Assembly (NCBI RefSeq): GCF_018350175.1
Contig: NC_058368.1
Location: 111,230,001-111,294,000, forward strand
Source: Felis catus
Taxonomy: Eukaryota
Reading direction: 5' to 3'
Length of the DNA: 64,000 bases
Both the position numbers and the translations under genes were made by a program. Below are positions 63,467 through 64,000 of the stretch, in pieces (positions within the stretch are counted from its first letter, which is position 1; every line of letters starts with the position of its first letter). The notes under the pieces were generated by a model. That model did no database searches. It worked only from the letters and a program-made list of their open reading frames with translations, and was not told the DNA's origin.

Positions 63467-64000
63467 GTGAGAACCTCCCATCTCCCTTCAGCTCCCGCCC
63501 ACCTCTTTGAGTCTTGAGGATCGTTCTTGCTTTCTCTCCAACGCCCCGCTGATCTTTTTGACAAAGCTCTGCTCTCTGACCTCCCCTCTGTCCCTGCTTT
63601 TTAGGTGATGTCTCAAGTTCTCACTTCTTAATCTCTGGACGTTTCTAGTACCTGTCTTCAGTTTTCCGTAGGTTTCGCTCTCAGATTTTCCCTGTTCCCG
63701 CCCCAGGTTGTGAAACCTTGGCTCCTGAGCCCAATGGCATGGTGCCCTCTGCCCAGTTATGCTAGACAGCCCCTTGTTCCCCTTCTTTCCCCACGCCCTC
63801 CCCTCTTTTGAAGGGCGCACATTTTCCGCCCCGGTTACATTGCTCTCTTGTGCCCTTCAGGAAGAATACTTGGCTTTCTTTCCGTTCCAGATGCTTTCCC
63901 TTCTAGTGCCTTCCCTAGTATCTATCTTCCTTCTTTTGCTTTTCGCTGTTACTCTGTCGGCACAGGGGAGCTTGTGCTTACTGAACTGCCCCCCTAGTCC

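Noticed and set aside
62662..63820. Several GC-rich ORFs on both strands around the CAMLG promoter
   Set aside because: Expected from low stop-codon frequency in a CpG island; no recognisable homology.

Overview
Mammalian (felid, domestic-cat-like) genomic DNA, identified by abundant carnivore tRNA-derived SINEs including the young feline subfamily and feline-type L1 3' ends. The window holds SEC24A (COPII cargo adaptor) on the + strand: coding exons 2-23 (5921-54312; exon 1 lies upstream of the window), all with GT-AG boundaries and consistent reading frame, followed by a ~2.9 kb 3' UTR. The CpG-rich promoter and first coding exon of CAMLG follow at the right end. Introns carry roughly 80 Can-SINE copies, L1 fragments, DNA transposons and LTR remnants. 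Most notable non-obvious elements: (1) a spliced POLR3K mRNA fragment fused to a SINE 3' half; (2) two ~51-nt polyadenylated, TSD-flanked copies of what looks like an LTR R-region; (3) a cryptic alternative last exon with its own poly(A) signal in intron 12; (4) repeated reuse of the same retrotransposon target sites. No prokaryotic-type system is present. Comparisons with human sequences and repeat family names are from memory and need database confirmation.
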